A DNA stretch of 64,000 bases, taken from Eledone cirrhosa. Taxonomy: Eukaryota. Below, piece by piece: positions 28,476-40,371 of the stretch. The notes below the pieces were generated by a model. That model worked only from the letters and a program-made list of their open reading frames with translations, searched no databases and was not told where the DNA came from. A program made the translations under genes and the position numbers. Location: the NCBI GenBank assembly GCA_964016885.1, contig OZ024747.1, positions 23,188,001-23,252,000 of the forward strand, in the 5' to 3' direction. Numbering within the stretch: position 1 is the stretch's first letter; every line of letters begins with the position of its first letter.

Positions 28476-28589
28476 GTATTTGAGAAAGTCACCTTCAATA
28501 CATAACCTTTACTTCTATTCAGATTTATGAACAAAACTACTTCATTCTATTTAAAAAGCCTGCCTCTGCTACAAACATTATCAATGGTA

Positions 28590-28773
28590 TGGATTGGCAG
28601 TATCGATAGAGGGTTGAATGCCATGCTTTGCAGCATAGTTATAGCCCTTTATGGTCTGAGTTCAAATCCAGCCAAGGTTAACTTTGCCTTTCATCCTTAC
28701 GGGGTTGATAAAGTAAAGCACCAGTAATGCACTGGGACAATTGCTGGCCTTGTGCCAAAAGTATAAACAATTA
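28590..28773 (+). mobile_element. tRNA-derived SINE (main family)
   Basis: TGGATTGGCAGTATCG...GAGTTCAAATCC...TTTGCCTTTCATCCTTACGGGGTTGATAAA...AAACAATTA. Confidence 0.8.
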
Positions 28774-29789
28774 TTATATCAATGATGATGGTGCTGTGTA
28801 ACATTTGCAATGATTAAATTCATATCATTAATACCCGAAACTTCATCAATATATTACGTTTAAAATATAAATTATATCTTCATGATTTTACCTAAAAAAA
28901 AAAAATTATGTTTCTCCACTGTTGGAATAATTTTAGATTTTTGACTAACAACAGAACAGATGTGTAATTACTTAGTCAGACCTGAACAAGAGAAGAGTAC
29001 ACTGTGTAAAATAATAGTTGTTTTGTTATTCAACAGGGCAGAAAAATTTAAGGAAAATAAATTATATATGTTTTGTAAAGTAATAGGATGTTTGTAGAGA
29101 ACTTTGTAAAACAATGCTTTTCTTATTCCTATCATTTACTCTCAAAGTTATATTCTAAAGTAAATAGAATAAATAAGAGAAAAGGCAATTTTGTGGCAAC
29201 CACATCAAGTCAATCTATATTTTTGAAATGACTATGTTATATGGGAAAATTATTATGGATAAATATTGTTTTTTTTTTAGTGGAATCAAATAAAAAGAAT
29301 CTATTATATTTTATTAATTTTGAAATATTTTTATTAGAATAGTTGCATAAAATTGCTTTGTCTAACCCATGCTGGTATGGGAAAATGTATGTAAAACGGT
29401 GATGATGATGCTATAGATAAGGAAAAGTACATTGATTTGGGGATATCAAAAATTATATGTAAATTCAGTGCAGTTCCTCCAGTCAAGAAGAATCTGTAGA
29501 ATAGTCCATCCCAAGAAGGGTTGCCACAGCAATTTCATTAAAAAAAATAGTATAAAATCTCAAAAAGTAGCAGATTACATTAGAAAGTAACCCAAAATGT
29601 ATTAAGTTATATATATATAAATATATAATATATATAAAAATTTACTTAGTTAATAAACATAGTATGATACACAATAGGATTTTTACAATTAAAAATAGAA
29701 ATAAAAAAAAAACAGCATATAGCCCAATGCAGCATTTTGGGCAAGTGTCATCTATTGTAGCCTTGGGTTGACTAATAATGGGGCGACCC

Positions 29790-30300
29790 GTCATCATCAT
29801 CACCGTTTTACGTCTGTTCTTGCATGCTAGCATGGGTTAGACGGGTTGTCTTGTTGTGGGCAGTTTCGGTCGGTTGACCATGCCTTGCTCATACGAGAAC
29901 TGATTTTGGCTTGATTTCTACAGCTGGATGCCCTTCCTAACACCAACCTCATTTACAGTGAGTGCTGGGTGCTTTTTTCCGTGGCGCCTATACGTCCACT
30001 TTACAGTGGGAGGGTGTGGGGCATATTGTCTATATGCTTCAGCTTTGGCTTGTACTCATGGGGGGTCGGGTACTCTGTATTACTGCGTGACGCCAGAGGT
30101 CACGGTCGTGTGTCATCGCCTTTGAAAGGTGTAATTGGGTAAGGTCGGCTTTTATCACCTCATCCCAGGTCTTCTTGGGTCTCCCCACTCCGCGGTTTCC
30201 ATCGACTTCTAGTGCTCTGCACCTTTTTATGCAGCTGTCATCCTTCATATGCATCACATGTCCATACCAATGCAACCGCCTCTCCTGCACACAGCATTTG
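29790..30300 (-). mobile_element. 5'-truncated RTE-clade LINE 3' end (ORF C-terminus, 3'UTR and (GAT)n tail)
   Basis: RRLHWYGHVMHM...RGVGRPKKTW is the typical RTE C-terminal motif (RL.W.GHV.R...R.RGRP...W); ends in short GAT repeats. Confidence 0.85.
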
Positions 30301-30302
30301 AT

Positions 30303-30333
<31 letters not shown>

Positions 30334-33236
30334 GTGTATGTATAGTGGTTGGTATTAGAAAAGGTGTCTAGTTATAGAAATGATGCCAAAACTAGAATGT
30401 TTGAGCAAGACAGTCTTCTGATAGATCCAGAAGGGCAGCAACTCTGAATAAGAACTGATGCAGACTTTGGTGACCCCATCCAAGATATGCTAGTATTGAC
30501 AGCAGATGTAAAATAATAATATATTAATATTATTCAGTGTGCGTGTGTGTACTGGTTTCAGTCACTGAGAAGTTGATTATATTGACTCCAGTACTTATTT
30601 TAAAGTCTGTTTCATATGTCATTGATCACTATTTGTTAAACTGTTAAGTTACAAGCAGCACTAGTTGTTGAGTAGTGTAAATGTAAACATAGGGATGGAC
30701 ATTCACACATACACACATACACACATAGCGAGCTTCAGCATAGCCCCAACCTCAGCTCCACTCCTGTAGCCAACAAGACTATGTATGTATGAACCTGTAA
30801 TAACACTTAGTGGAACTGTAGTGACATACAACGTTTCTTGTGTATTTTAAACCTGGTAGAGCCCATCCTCTCTCCAGGTTGGAACATAGCCAATTTCTTC
30901 TAGAGTAAAAGAAAGTGATAGAGAGCAAGTTAGAAAGAGATATAGAAGAAGAATCAACTCCAGTATTAGATTGGTACTTTTTTTTATCGACTTCAAAAGA
31001 AAGACAGGCAGAGTTGACTTCAGCAGGATTTGAACTCAGATCACAGAAAGCCAGAATGAATACCACAAAGCATTCTATCTGACATTCTAAGAACTGAACC
31101 AATTCACTGGCCATAACCAACAAGACTATTTTGCAATATAAAATCATCATTGTTGTAAATACATTTTTTTTTTGTTGCTATTTGTAATTTTCTTTGAAAG
31201 AACACAAGGAATATATTTTAATCTTATATTATAATAAAAATGTTGCTTATTTATCAGTAGAGTATATATGCCTTATCATAGAAAATATTATGAAATGGTA
31301 AAAAATGAATCGTTTTACTCTTCTTGTTTTGGTTTTAATTTTTAGAATTTATCTTAGGACCTTATGATGCAAATCTTAAGTTATATGTAGCTTTGTGCAA
31401 TGTTTTATAGTAATTATGAGTAGTACAAGGTTCCATTGTCCTGAGTCTAGTCATAATTTTCTTTCTCAAGTCTATATTTGAAAATATCATATCCAAAAAT
31501 CTACATATTTTTCTGAATTATGCTGGAAGAGTTTTAAATAAATATAAACATTTTAAAACAAAGTTTTATATCATAGAACTAGGGGTGGTTTCAGGTGGGT
31601 TCGTATCAAAAAGATTAATATTTTTTCTCTTACCATTTATTAATTTGTGTAAAACATGCCAATATGAAAACAATAATGTATTGCAAATATTTGATACAAA
31701 CTTTTATATTTTTGATATGTCTAATTAAGCAGCTAAACGTCAGCTAATAAAAACGTAAATTTGATAAAACTTTTCATATTGACCAACTAAATTACTATAT
31801 AATTGTAGTATCTTAAAATCTTTGTAGTATCTTAAAATATTCTCTGAGAAAATTATTTTCTTTTCCCAAATCCTCTACTAAATAACTGTTTTTATATCAC
31901 TTTATATAAAAAATATATAATATATAATTCCATCTGATGCTTACATTCTTCAGTTTATCAAATTCATATAAGTAAAAACTTATTTAAAATACGAATAGAT
32001 TTCCATTAATTGGCCCATTTGTTTTTAATTAGTAATTTTTAATCAACATATGTTTAATCTTGACCTAAAGTAAAACTAATATTTATATAATTTATATATT
32101 TACATTTTCAATTTGTCAAATTCTATATTTGGCATGTAATTATATTTATTCAGATTTCTCTCATTTAAATTAAAAAAATTTTGTTTGTTAGCCACTCTCT
32201 TACTTCAGGCAATATGAAGGATAAATAAATGGTGTGTAAATATAAATATCTTATACAATTTTAAACTAATTTAACAGAGAGAGACTGGAGGAACCAAAAA
32301 TAGCATTGCCAGAGGATTTACAGTTTTGATATTTGGTTCTTTTTTTTCTTTCTGCTACTGAAGCCATTCCAGTCAGACAAGATTTTTTTACAGACTAAAT
32401 GGCTAAATGATTTTTATCATCTGTTTTCTTCTTATTCATTAAATATTAGTCATGAAACATCGTAATATGTATCAACATGAGGAATAAGTATTGCCCTAAT
32501 ACTGTTATAGCCACAAATTACAATGATTTTAATTTATAAAATGGTTTCTAACATAGGCATAAGGCTTGGAATTTTGAGGGAAGGGAAAGTCAATTATATT
32601 GACCCTTGTACTTGACTGGTATTTCATTTTACCAACCATGGAAGGATGAAAGACAAAGTTGACTTCAGTAGGAGTTGAACTCAGAAAGTAAAGAGCCAGA
32701 ATAAAATACAATCCTACCAATCTATTGCCCTTCTTGATTTATGTTATAAATACTTGAATTTTAATGTTTGTACTTTGAATGTCTACTGACATTGAGTAAC
32801 CCCTAAAGAGTAAATTTGACTATCTTTTAATATTTCAATGGATTATTCTTCAGTTTATAGTAGTTCTTCTGAAACCATTTTATTACCATATATCTAATGA
32901 AAAACACCACCTATGATTTTCAAATAATTTGGAAAATAATTAAGAATTTTAAGAGATTTAGTAAAATAACTTTCTCATTATTAAGCAGGTATTTGGAAGA
33001 TAGCAAAAGTACTTACGTAAAATTATGATGGAATGTTTTTATATAAATATAAATGCTTTAAAATAAGCAGTTTTATATCATAGAAGCAAGACTTGTGGTT
33101 TGATATCAAAAGGATTAAACTATACTATGATGATGAAAATTTGAAAATACTCATTTAATGTCAAAAATGAAAGGAAACAAAATATTTAATTATCTTAAAA
33201 TGTGAAATTTACTGCTGCCTGAATAACACTATATAC

Positions 33237-33302
<66 letters not shown>

Positions 33303-33433
33303 AGTGCCAGGAGTTTCCGAAGAATAGATCAAGGAAAAGAAAGCAAAAATGTGGTACAGAGCCAAAATATATTATATGGATAAAATCTCAACACAAATGC
33401 ATGGAAAATATGGAATGCTTCATGAATTTTCAT

Positions 33434-33526
33434 GTAGTAGCCTCAGCAGTATATATACTAAAATTGGAACAATATTTAGATAAGATTGGCATGGCCCCGC
33501 AAATTCATGAAGCATTCCATAGATTT
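33434..33526 (+). pseudogene. U6 snRNA pseudogene with an internal deletion, inside a fold-back repeat
   Basis: CAGTATATATACTAAAATTGGAAC..A..AGATTGGCATGGCCCC-GCAAATTCATGAAGCATTCCATA matches U6; the ACAGAGA box is mutated and ~16 nt after GGCCCC are missing. Confidence 0.85.
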
Positions 33527-34218
33527 ACATGTATTAGTGTTGGGATCTTGTTCATATAATATATATATATATAATAATAAATGTGAAGACTAAAATCCAA
33601 AGAAGGCTCGATAAGGATAAATATATATCAAATATATAAGCAGCGATTCTTTGCTTAAACTTTAATCTGTTATTTTAATAAATAAATATATATATATATT
33701 AGCTTAAGCTACTTTACTTGTATATTTAGATCTTAAGATCATATTGCTGTTAGCTAAGGCCTCTAGTTTTCTGGTGTAAATATAATAGTTTAATGATAGC
33801 AAGTCCTGTAAAGAAACCTTGCTGAATCAGTGGTAAAATATTTAAATTCATCATTAATAGTGAAATTCTACATGTTCACTGATAATACTTCTATAATTAG
33901 GTTGTTTTGAAGTAATCAGTGGGCTCAGTAGTATGTATGACACTTAGGCACAGACTGAAATTTGATCAACCTTGGTTGGGTCACCTGAATGATGGTGTAA
34001 GATGATGTAAGACATGAAATACCCAGTGACTTCCAACATTACAATATTAATGATAAGTTCATGGTTTTACCTCAATGGATGTACGAAGAACTCAAAATTT
34101 AAGTAGACTTAGGTTGTTGCTATAAGAATTTAAAAAATATAGTTATATTTTATTGCAACATATTTTTCTACCTAAATTTTGTATTTATTTTCTTCCTTTT
34201 TAAATTATTCTTTTATAG

Positions 34219-34379
34219 GATATACGTAAACATTTGAAGAAACAGAAGCCTGCTGAAGCAATATCCCCTCCTGTCCCTGTAGATAGCATGTTCTATCCTA
34301 GTACAGGCAGCTATGACAGAATTAATAGTGGTGCTTGTGACTGTAGCAGAACACAAACAGGTATCAGCATGACTAACAG
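34219..34379 (+). CDS. SULF1: SULF-like exon: DIRKHLKKQKPAEAISPPVPVDSMFYPSTGSYDRINSGACDCSRTQTGISMTN(R)
   Basis: ttttatag acceptor, AG|gtaggt donor, phase 0-2; continues IKNLK with DIRKHLKKQKP (cf. SULF EVRGHLKRRKP) and a CxC motif; absent from the ORF track. Confidence 0.88.
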
Positions 34380-34709
34380 GTAGGTGTTTCAAGACTGGTG
34401 GAATGGCAAAACAATGTCTCTCACTCTCTTTTTATGTGTGTATGAGGATCGGCTGACCAAAGAACTCTCATGGAATGACCAAATGAGGTTTATTTTTCAA
34501 CATAGTCCCTAGAAAGAAACAATGTAACATACAAGCACACACACACACACACATGTCTTTTACTCTTTTTACCTGTTTCATGCCTGGGCACCATCATAGT
34601 TATTTGTACACACCAACATGCACATCCATGCCTCATTTATTTTTAGTCATTGTAAATCTTCTGCACTTGAGTCTCTCTCTCACTCTGTCTCTCTGTGTGT
34701 GGTTGTGGA

Positions 34710-34983
34710 GGTGCCACGGCAAAAAAGCACCCAGCCTACATCGTAAAGTGGACGTGTGCCTACATCGTAAAGTGGACGTGTAGGCGCCATGGAAAAAAAA
34801 AGCACCCAGCTGTCACTGTAAATGAGGTTGGTGTTAGGAAAGGCATCCAGCTGTAGAAATCAAGCCAGAATCAGTTCCAGTATGAGCAAAACAAGGTCAG
34901 CCGACTGGACACTGCTCACAACAGGACAACCCGTCTAACCCATGCTAGTGGGGAAGCATGGACGTAAAACGGTGATGATGATA
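34710..34983 (+). mobile_element. LINE-3'UTR/SINE-tail repeat with (GAT)n end
   Basis: Reverse complement of 29790-30010. Confidence 0.8.
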
Positions 34984-34984
34984 C

Positions 34985-35025
<41 letters not shown>

Positions 35026-35149
35026 CTCATGCACATATATGACAGTGTCTCGGTTGTGTAATGTTAGTGCACATTTGTATGTGAGTAAAGGTTGAAATGG
35101 GAGACTGAGTTATTCATTAATAAATATCAAATCATATATTTTTTTTCAG

Positions 35150-35367
35150 GAAGTTAACTACAACAAAGTTTAATAGTTTGTTCAGTACAAATCAACCAAT
35201 TCTACCACCTTGGAAACGTTCACGGTATCACAAGAAGTTGTTTAAGCGTAAATTCAAACGTAAGTTTAAGCGTAACAGAAAAGATAGTAAACATGAATGC
35301 CGTGTTCCAAATATGAAGTGTTTTACACATGACAACGATCACTGGAAAACACCACCTTACTGGACCT
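35150..35367 (+). CDS. SULF1: SULF-like exon A: basic cluster plus [25 protein letters not shown]
   Basis: ttttttcag acceptor, T|gtaagt donor, phase 2-1; matches SULF C..PG..CFTHDN.HW.T.P.W preceded by a K/R-rich cluster. Confidence 0.93.
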
Positions 35368-36199
35368 GTAAGTAACTTTTAATTCTTATTCAAACACAAC
35401 CAGTCAAAACTTGATCATTGCATGCAACTCTTACTTCTGAAGGTATCTATTTTATTTCTGAAGTATTAAGAACTATTTTAGAAATACATTGACATTTTTT
35501 AATGGAACTTTAAATTGAAAAGAATTCAGAATCTTGTTTAGTATAAATATATGAAACTAGTTATGCCTATTTTTAATTATTTTTTTATTTCCATATTCCT
35601 ATAAATTGAACTAATTTGCATTGTAGTAAATGTATTTGTTCTTAATTATTTCTTTATTTTTATTGTTGTACTATTTAGTTCTACTTGATATATTTCTCTT
35701 CTTTAGTTTCTTTCTTTTGCTGCTCATGGAGAATTGCATGATGAGAGATCTCTATTCTCCACAGTTGCAAGCCTTGTCATGGCCCTGCTTCTAGGCCAAT
35801 AGTGTAAAAATCAAATTTTAACTCTCAATAACATGTAAATGTTAAACTATAATACTATAGTATTATATTATAAGGTGTCAATGGCTAGGGTCAATCACTC
35901 AACCATGTGAACATTTTGTTCAACTTACACTTGCCTATTATGGACTTCTACTTTTTTCCTTTAATTTGTTTTGCTCTCTATAATACTTTCATCATTTCTG
36001 TAGTGGCAGTAAGGTTGCTAATCTCACATGCCATCCCTCCCCCCTTAACCTAATGTTTTGAAATCTGTAACCCTGAATAGGGGCCTATTCCAAGAGTACT
36101 ATCAGCTGGGACCAGCTGAGCCTGGGATTCAAGGTATTCCACTATATTTACAAGTGAAACAATACATAATGATATGTCAACTATTGAAATAATGTTACT

Positions 36200-36406
36200 T
36201 TAACCCTTTAGCATTTAAACTGGCCGTATCCACCCAAAATTCTCTTACCTCTCTCTGTTAAAACCAGCTGTAAATGACCGCCTATACTGATGTTAAGGTA
36301 TTCTTCTCAAAATAAATATCAAAATCTCATAGATTCGATATTATGTGAGATAAAGCCTTTACCATGAAAATACAATAGTAATTAAATGTAAATGCTAAAG
36401 AGTTAA
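36200..36406. mobile_element. TTAA-flanked MITE family A copy
   Basis: Same TIRs and internal sequence. Confidence 0.75.
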
Positions 36407-37593
36407 ATCATTTCCCTCTATTTTGAAAGTTACTGGCGCTTCATCCAGCAGTAGAATGAAAACGACTGTTTATAGTAATTGTATAAGTCTCTGCTGTTAC
36501 TATGTCTCAGCAGTTACTATAAGTCTCAGCAGTTACTATAAACAGACATCACATTGTTGGCTTCATTGTATATCCTACATTATTTATTGGGGCATATTAA
36601 AATAAATATTTTTAGACAACTTTAATTTACACATACAAATATATTTAGAATTCCGAATTAATTTCAGATTGACAATTTAGTTACTACATATTTCTCTCCA
36701 GTTGTTTCTATATATAGAAATACTTAATAGAATGTTTTAGTTATATTTCACATCTTCTATACACACAATCATCCACACACACATCTTCCATCCATAGCCA
36801 CACACTCATCATGCATTCATAGACACAAACACACATAATACACTCCCAGATGTATGCATCATTTTTGCAGCTGGTTGGGTTGATAGATTGGTCATCTGGC
36901 CAACGGATCAATGCCTCCATATTCTGTCTTTAAAACTATGCTCTGTACTTTACAGAATACTCCAACATCCATAGCCCACAGCTATAATTCTATTCCTTAT
37001 TGATGCTGCTGCCTATTATAAGTATTTGAAAAAACATTATTAAAACAATGTTTTACAACTAAACTAGAATGCTCTCCCTGAAACCAATTTCTGCATTAAA
37101 GCTGTTAGTTTTCCATTCCCTATTTTAAAGATTTATATAGTTTGCATAAAAATGTATTGTCCAATTGTTGTTTTCCCTATCTCTTAACATCCTGTAATGA
37201 TTTAGCCAAAAATATCTAAAAAATGGATTTGTTAACACAGATGTTTATAGTATATTTACTGGTGGACAGATTAATGTGATGCAGTCATAGCAATGTTTTG
37301 AACTTTTCAAGCTAATGTTGTTTCCTGTGGGATAGAACAATAAGAGTTAACTTCCCTATATTTTATATTTATTCTGATACCAATAATTTTTAGTGTTCCT
37401 CGCTCTCCACTCTCTTTCTTTTATTTTTAAAGTTTGAAACAATAACAATTATTTTGGTTTAAAGATTAGACTATATCTTTTTTTTTAAACTCTATTCCCT
37501 TCTTTGTCCAAAATGATTTTATTGGAAACCTCCACTTCAGTTTAAATAAATATTGGCAGGTTTACACGTATAATATAAGGTCAGTTATATTGA

Positions 37594-37850
37594 GGTCTAA
37601 AGTCTGTCTTAAGCCAGAAGGCTCGTTAGGCTGGTGCTTATCCCGGTTTCATGACATGAAGTGACTGAGAGTACAAGATTCCCCACTGGACAGGACACTA
37701 GTCCATTACAGGGTTAAACCTCCAGCTATTGCTGGTACTCATTTACAGCTGAGTATACTGAAGCCACATGAAATGAAGTGTTTTGCTCAAGAACACAACA
37801 TGCAACCCAACCCAGGAATCGAACCCACAACATTAGGCCACACACCTCCA
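37594..37850 (-). mobile_element. second tRNA-derived SINE family (related copy at ~43040-43280)
   Basis: Minus-strand head with GGTTCGATTCC B-box; shared GTCTAAAGTCTGTCTTAAGCCAGAAGGCT end with the 43040 copy. Confidence 0.7.
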
Positions 37851-38054
37851 CAATTTATGAGAGGGTTACTTAAAATGAATCACCTGCTAGGAAGGACAAA
37901 TCCAAAGCTTTATATTTTGTAATCAGCATATGACAGGTGTTTTGTAAAATTACTATTTTCAAATATTCACCTAACCACATTGCCACTTTTGTCTAGCTAT
38001 TTCTAACCATTAATGATCTTGTTTACTTAAGTGGGGAATATCAATACATATAAT

Positions 38055-38440
38055 GTAAGGCGATGGCACAAGACCGAGACCTCTAGCAGTACGCAGTAAT
38101 ACAGAAGACCCGATTTCCCATGGGTACAAGATGAAGCTGAAGCATATAGACAATATGCTTCCACTCCCTCCCACTGCAAAGTGGTTGTGGAGGTGTCATG
38201 ACAGAAAAGCACCCAGCCCACACTGTAAAGTGGTCGTGTAGGTGCCACGGAAAAAAAGCACCCAGTACTCACTGTAAATGAGGTTGGTGTTAGGAAGTGC
38301 ATCCAGCTGTAGAAATCAAGCCAGAATCAGTTCTGTATGAGCAAGATATTGTCACTTGACCTGGCATTGCCCACAACAGGACAACCCATCTAACCCATGC
38401 TAGTGTGGAAGAATGGGCGTAAAACAGTGAAGATGATGAT
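38055..38440 (+). mobile_element. RTE LINE 3' end/3'UTR copy
   Basis: Reverse complement of ~29790-30125. Confidence 0.8.
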
Positions 38441-38657
38441 AACTCAGACATTTGATTCAAGGAAATACCAAATATTTATTTTTATAATGGTACTGGAAAT
38501 ATAAAATATTAGGTGGAAGGTTCTTTTCTTTTTATATTCTATATGTAATTGTTAGCTAAAGTTATGATTTCAGTATAAATAAAATATGGTCTTTCTTCAG
38601 TGAATGTCAAATGACCATCAGCAATTTCACTGGTAAATATTGAATTTGAGTGTAAAC

Positions 38658-38840
38658 TATAATTGTTTCTACTTTTGGCACAAGGCCAGCAATTAATCAG
38701 GGTATTACTGGTACTTTATTTTATTGACCCTGTAAGGATGAAAGGCAAAGTTAACCTCGGCAGGATTTGAACTCAGATCATAAAGGGAGGTAACTCTATG
38801 CTTCAAAGCATGGCGTCCGACCCCCTTCACCAGTTCAGCA
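38658..38840 (-). mobile_element. tRNA-derived SINE (main family)
   Basis: Reverse complement of the 59931 element. Confidence 0.8.
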
Positions 38841-39190
38841 AAACTTTATATCATTAAATCTGAACACTGATCCAGAAGGATCTCAGATTAATGAATAATA
38901 AATACATTGCTGTTTTTCTTAGCAACTTTCAATGTTTGTGTTTAGTTGAAATGAAATCAAACAAATCCACAACTTTCCACTAGATTAGATTGTTTACTTT
39001 GCACATATTTAAAAACAAGTTACATTCAAACACTAATGAATATGATTCACTCAATTTGAACACTGTTTGTATATCTACATACTAGAACATATTTAGAAAT
39101 ATGTATATATGTACACCATTATGTGTGTATACACACACCCACACATATTTATGTATATATATCTACATAAGTGTATATGTATATATGTAT

Positions 39191-40217
39191 ATACAAAGTT
39201 TGTCCTAAAAGTAAGGGGACTGGTTTTCCTATGTACAACATGGTAATGCAGCACCTCATTGATATATATATCACATGGCTTAGTGGTTAGAGCATTGGCC
39301 TTGCAATCGAAAGGTTGTGAGTTCAATTCTCAGACCAGGTGATGTGTTGTTTCCTTGAGCAAGACACTTTATTTCACATTGCTCCAGTTTACTCAGCTGT
39401 GTAGAAATGAGATGATAGGACTGGGGTCCATATCACTCCACTGCAAAGTGGTCGTGGAGGTGCCACGGCAAAAAAGCACACAGCACTCACTGTAAATGAG
39501 GTTGGTGTTAGGAAGGGCATCCAGCTGTAGAAATCAAGCCAGAATTAATTCCCATCCCACCCTTGCAAGCAGGGAAAAGCGAACGTAAAATGATGATGAT
39601 GATGATATATATATATATCGTCATCATCATCATCATTTTACGTCCGCTTTTCCCTGCTTGCAAGGGTGGGATGGGAATTAATTCTGGCTTGATTTCTACA
39701 GCTGGATGCCCTTCCTAACACCAACCTCATTTACAGTGAGTGCTGTGTGCTTTTTTGCCGTGGCACCTCCACGACCACTTTGCAGTGGAGTGATATGGAC
39801 CCCAGTCCTATCATCTCATTTCTAAAGCTGAGTAAACTGGAGCAATGTGAAATAAAGAGTCTTGCTCAAGGAAACAACACATCACCTGGTCTGAGAATTG
39901 AACTCACAACCTTTCGATTGCAAGGCCAATGCTCTAACCACTAAGCCATATGCCTCCATATATATATATATATGTATAAGGCATGTTGGTTATGACCTTG
40001 GCTGCATGTACATACATGTTTCAATATGATCGATTGAGTCAGTCATAAGTTATTGCTGTTTATGTACAGACATATTTATAACTTCTGTTACGTTTGCCAT
40101 GCAGGAAAATATCAAACAATGGTATGCAATCAAATTTTGTGTAAAACTCAACAAATTTGCCCCCGAAACATTTAATTCTTTAACACAAGCTTATGGAAAG
40201 GCCACTCTACTGAGAAG
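39191..40217 (+). mobile_element. mariner transposon 5' remnant interrupted by a SINE palindrome
   Basis: TA-starting TIR-like end (TACAAAGTTTGTCCTAAAAGTAAG) and 40099 ORF QWYAIKFCVKLNKFAPETFNSLTQAYG resembling the mariner transposase N-terminal HTH (QR.AIKF.V.L.K...ET...L..AYG). Confidence 0.7.
39275..39957. repeat. ~680-bp palindrome of two tail-to-tail chimeric tRNA-SINE copies
   Basis: Arms of ~335 bp are reverse complements with only a few differences, joined by (GAT)n-(AT)n-(ATC)n; the head has A-box TGGCTTAGTGG and B-box GAGTTCAATTC. Confidence 0.92.
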
Positions 40218-40371
40218 TGTAGGTTTTAAACCGGCTGTACTCGGCCAGAATTCTCTCGCCTCTTTCTGTTCAAACTGGTGTAGTACTGGGTTTTTATGAT
40301 ATTGATGAAAGTCAATAGTTGAATTTTTCTTGTGATGTTAGTTTGAGGACATTACGTTTTGGTTAGTAGCC

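Noticed and set aside
33434-33526. Functional U6 snRNA gene
   Set aside because: The ACAGAGA box is mutated, the internal stem-loop is partly deleted and CpGs have decayed
39275-39345. tRNA gene
   Set aside because: A/B boxes run directly into a SINE body, the acceptor stem is poor and related copies are dispersed; it is a SINE head
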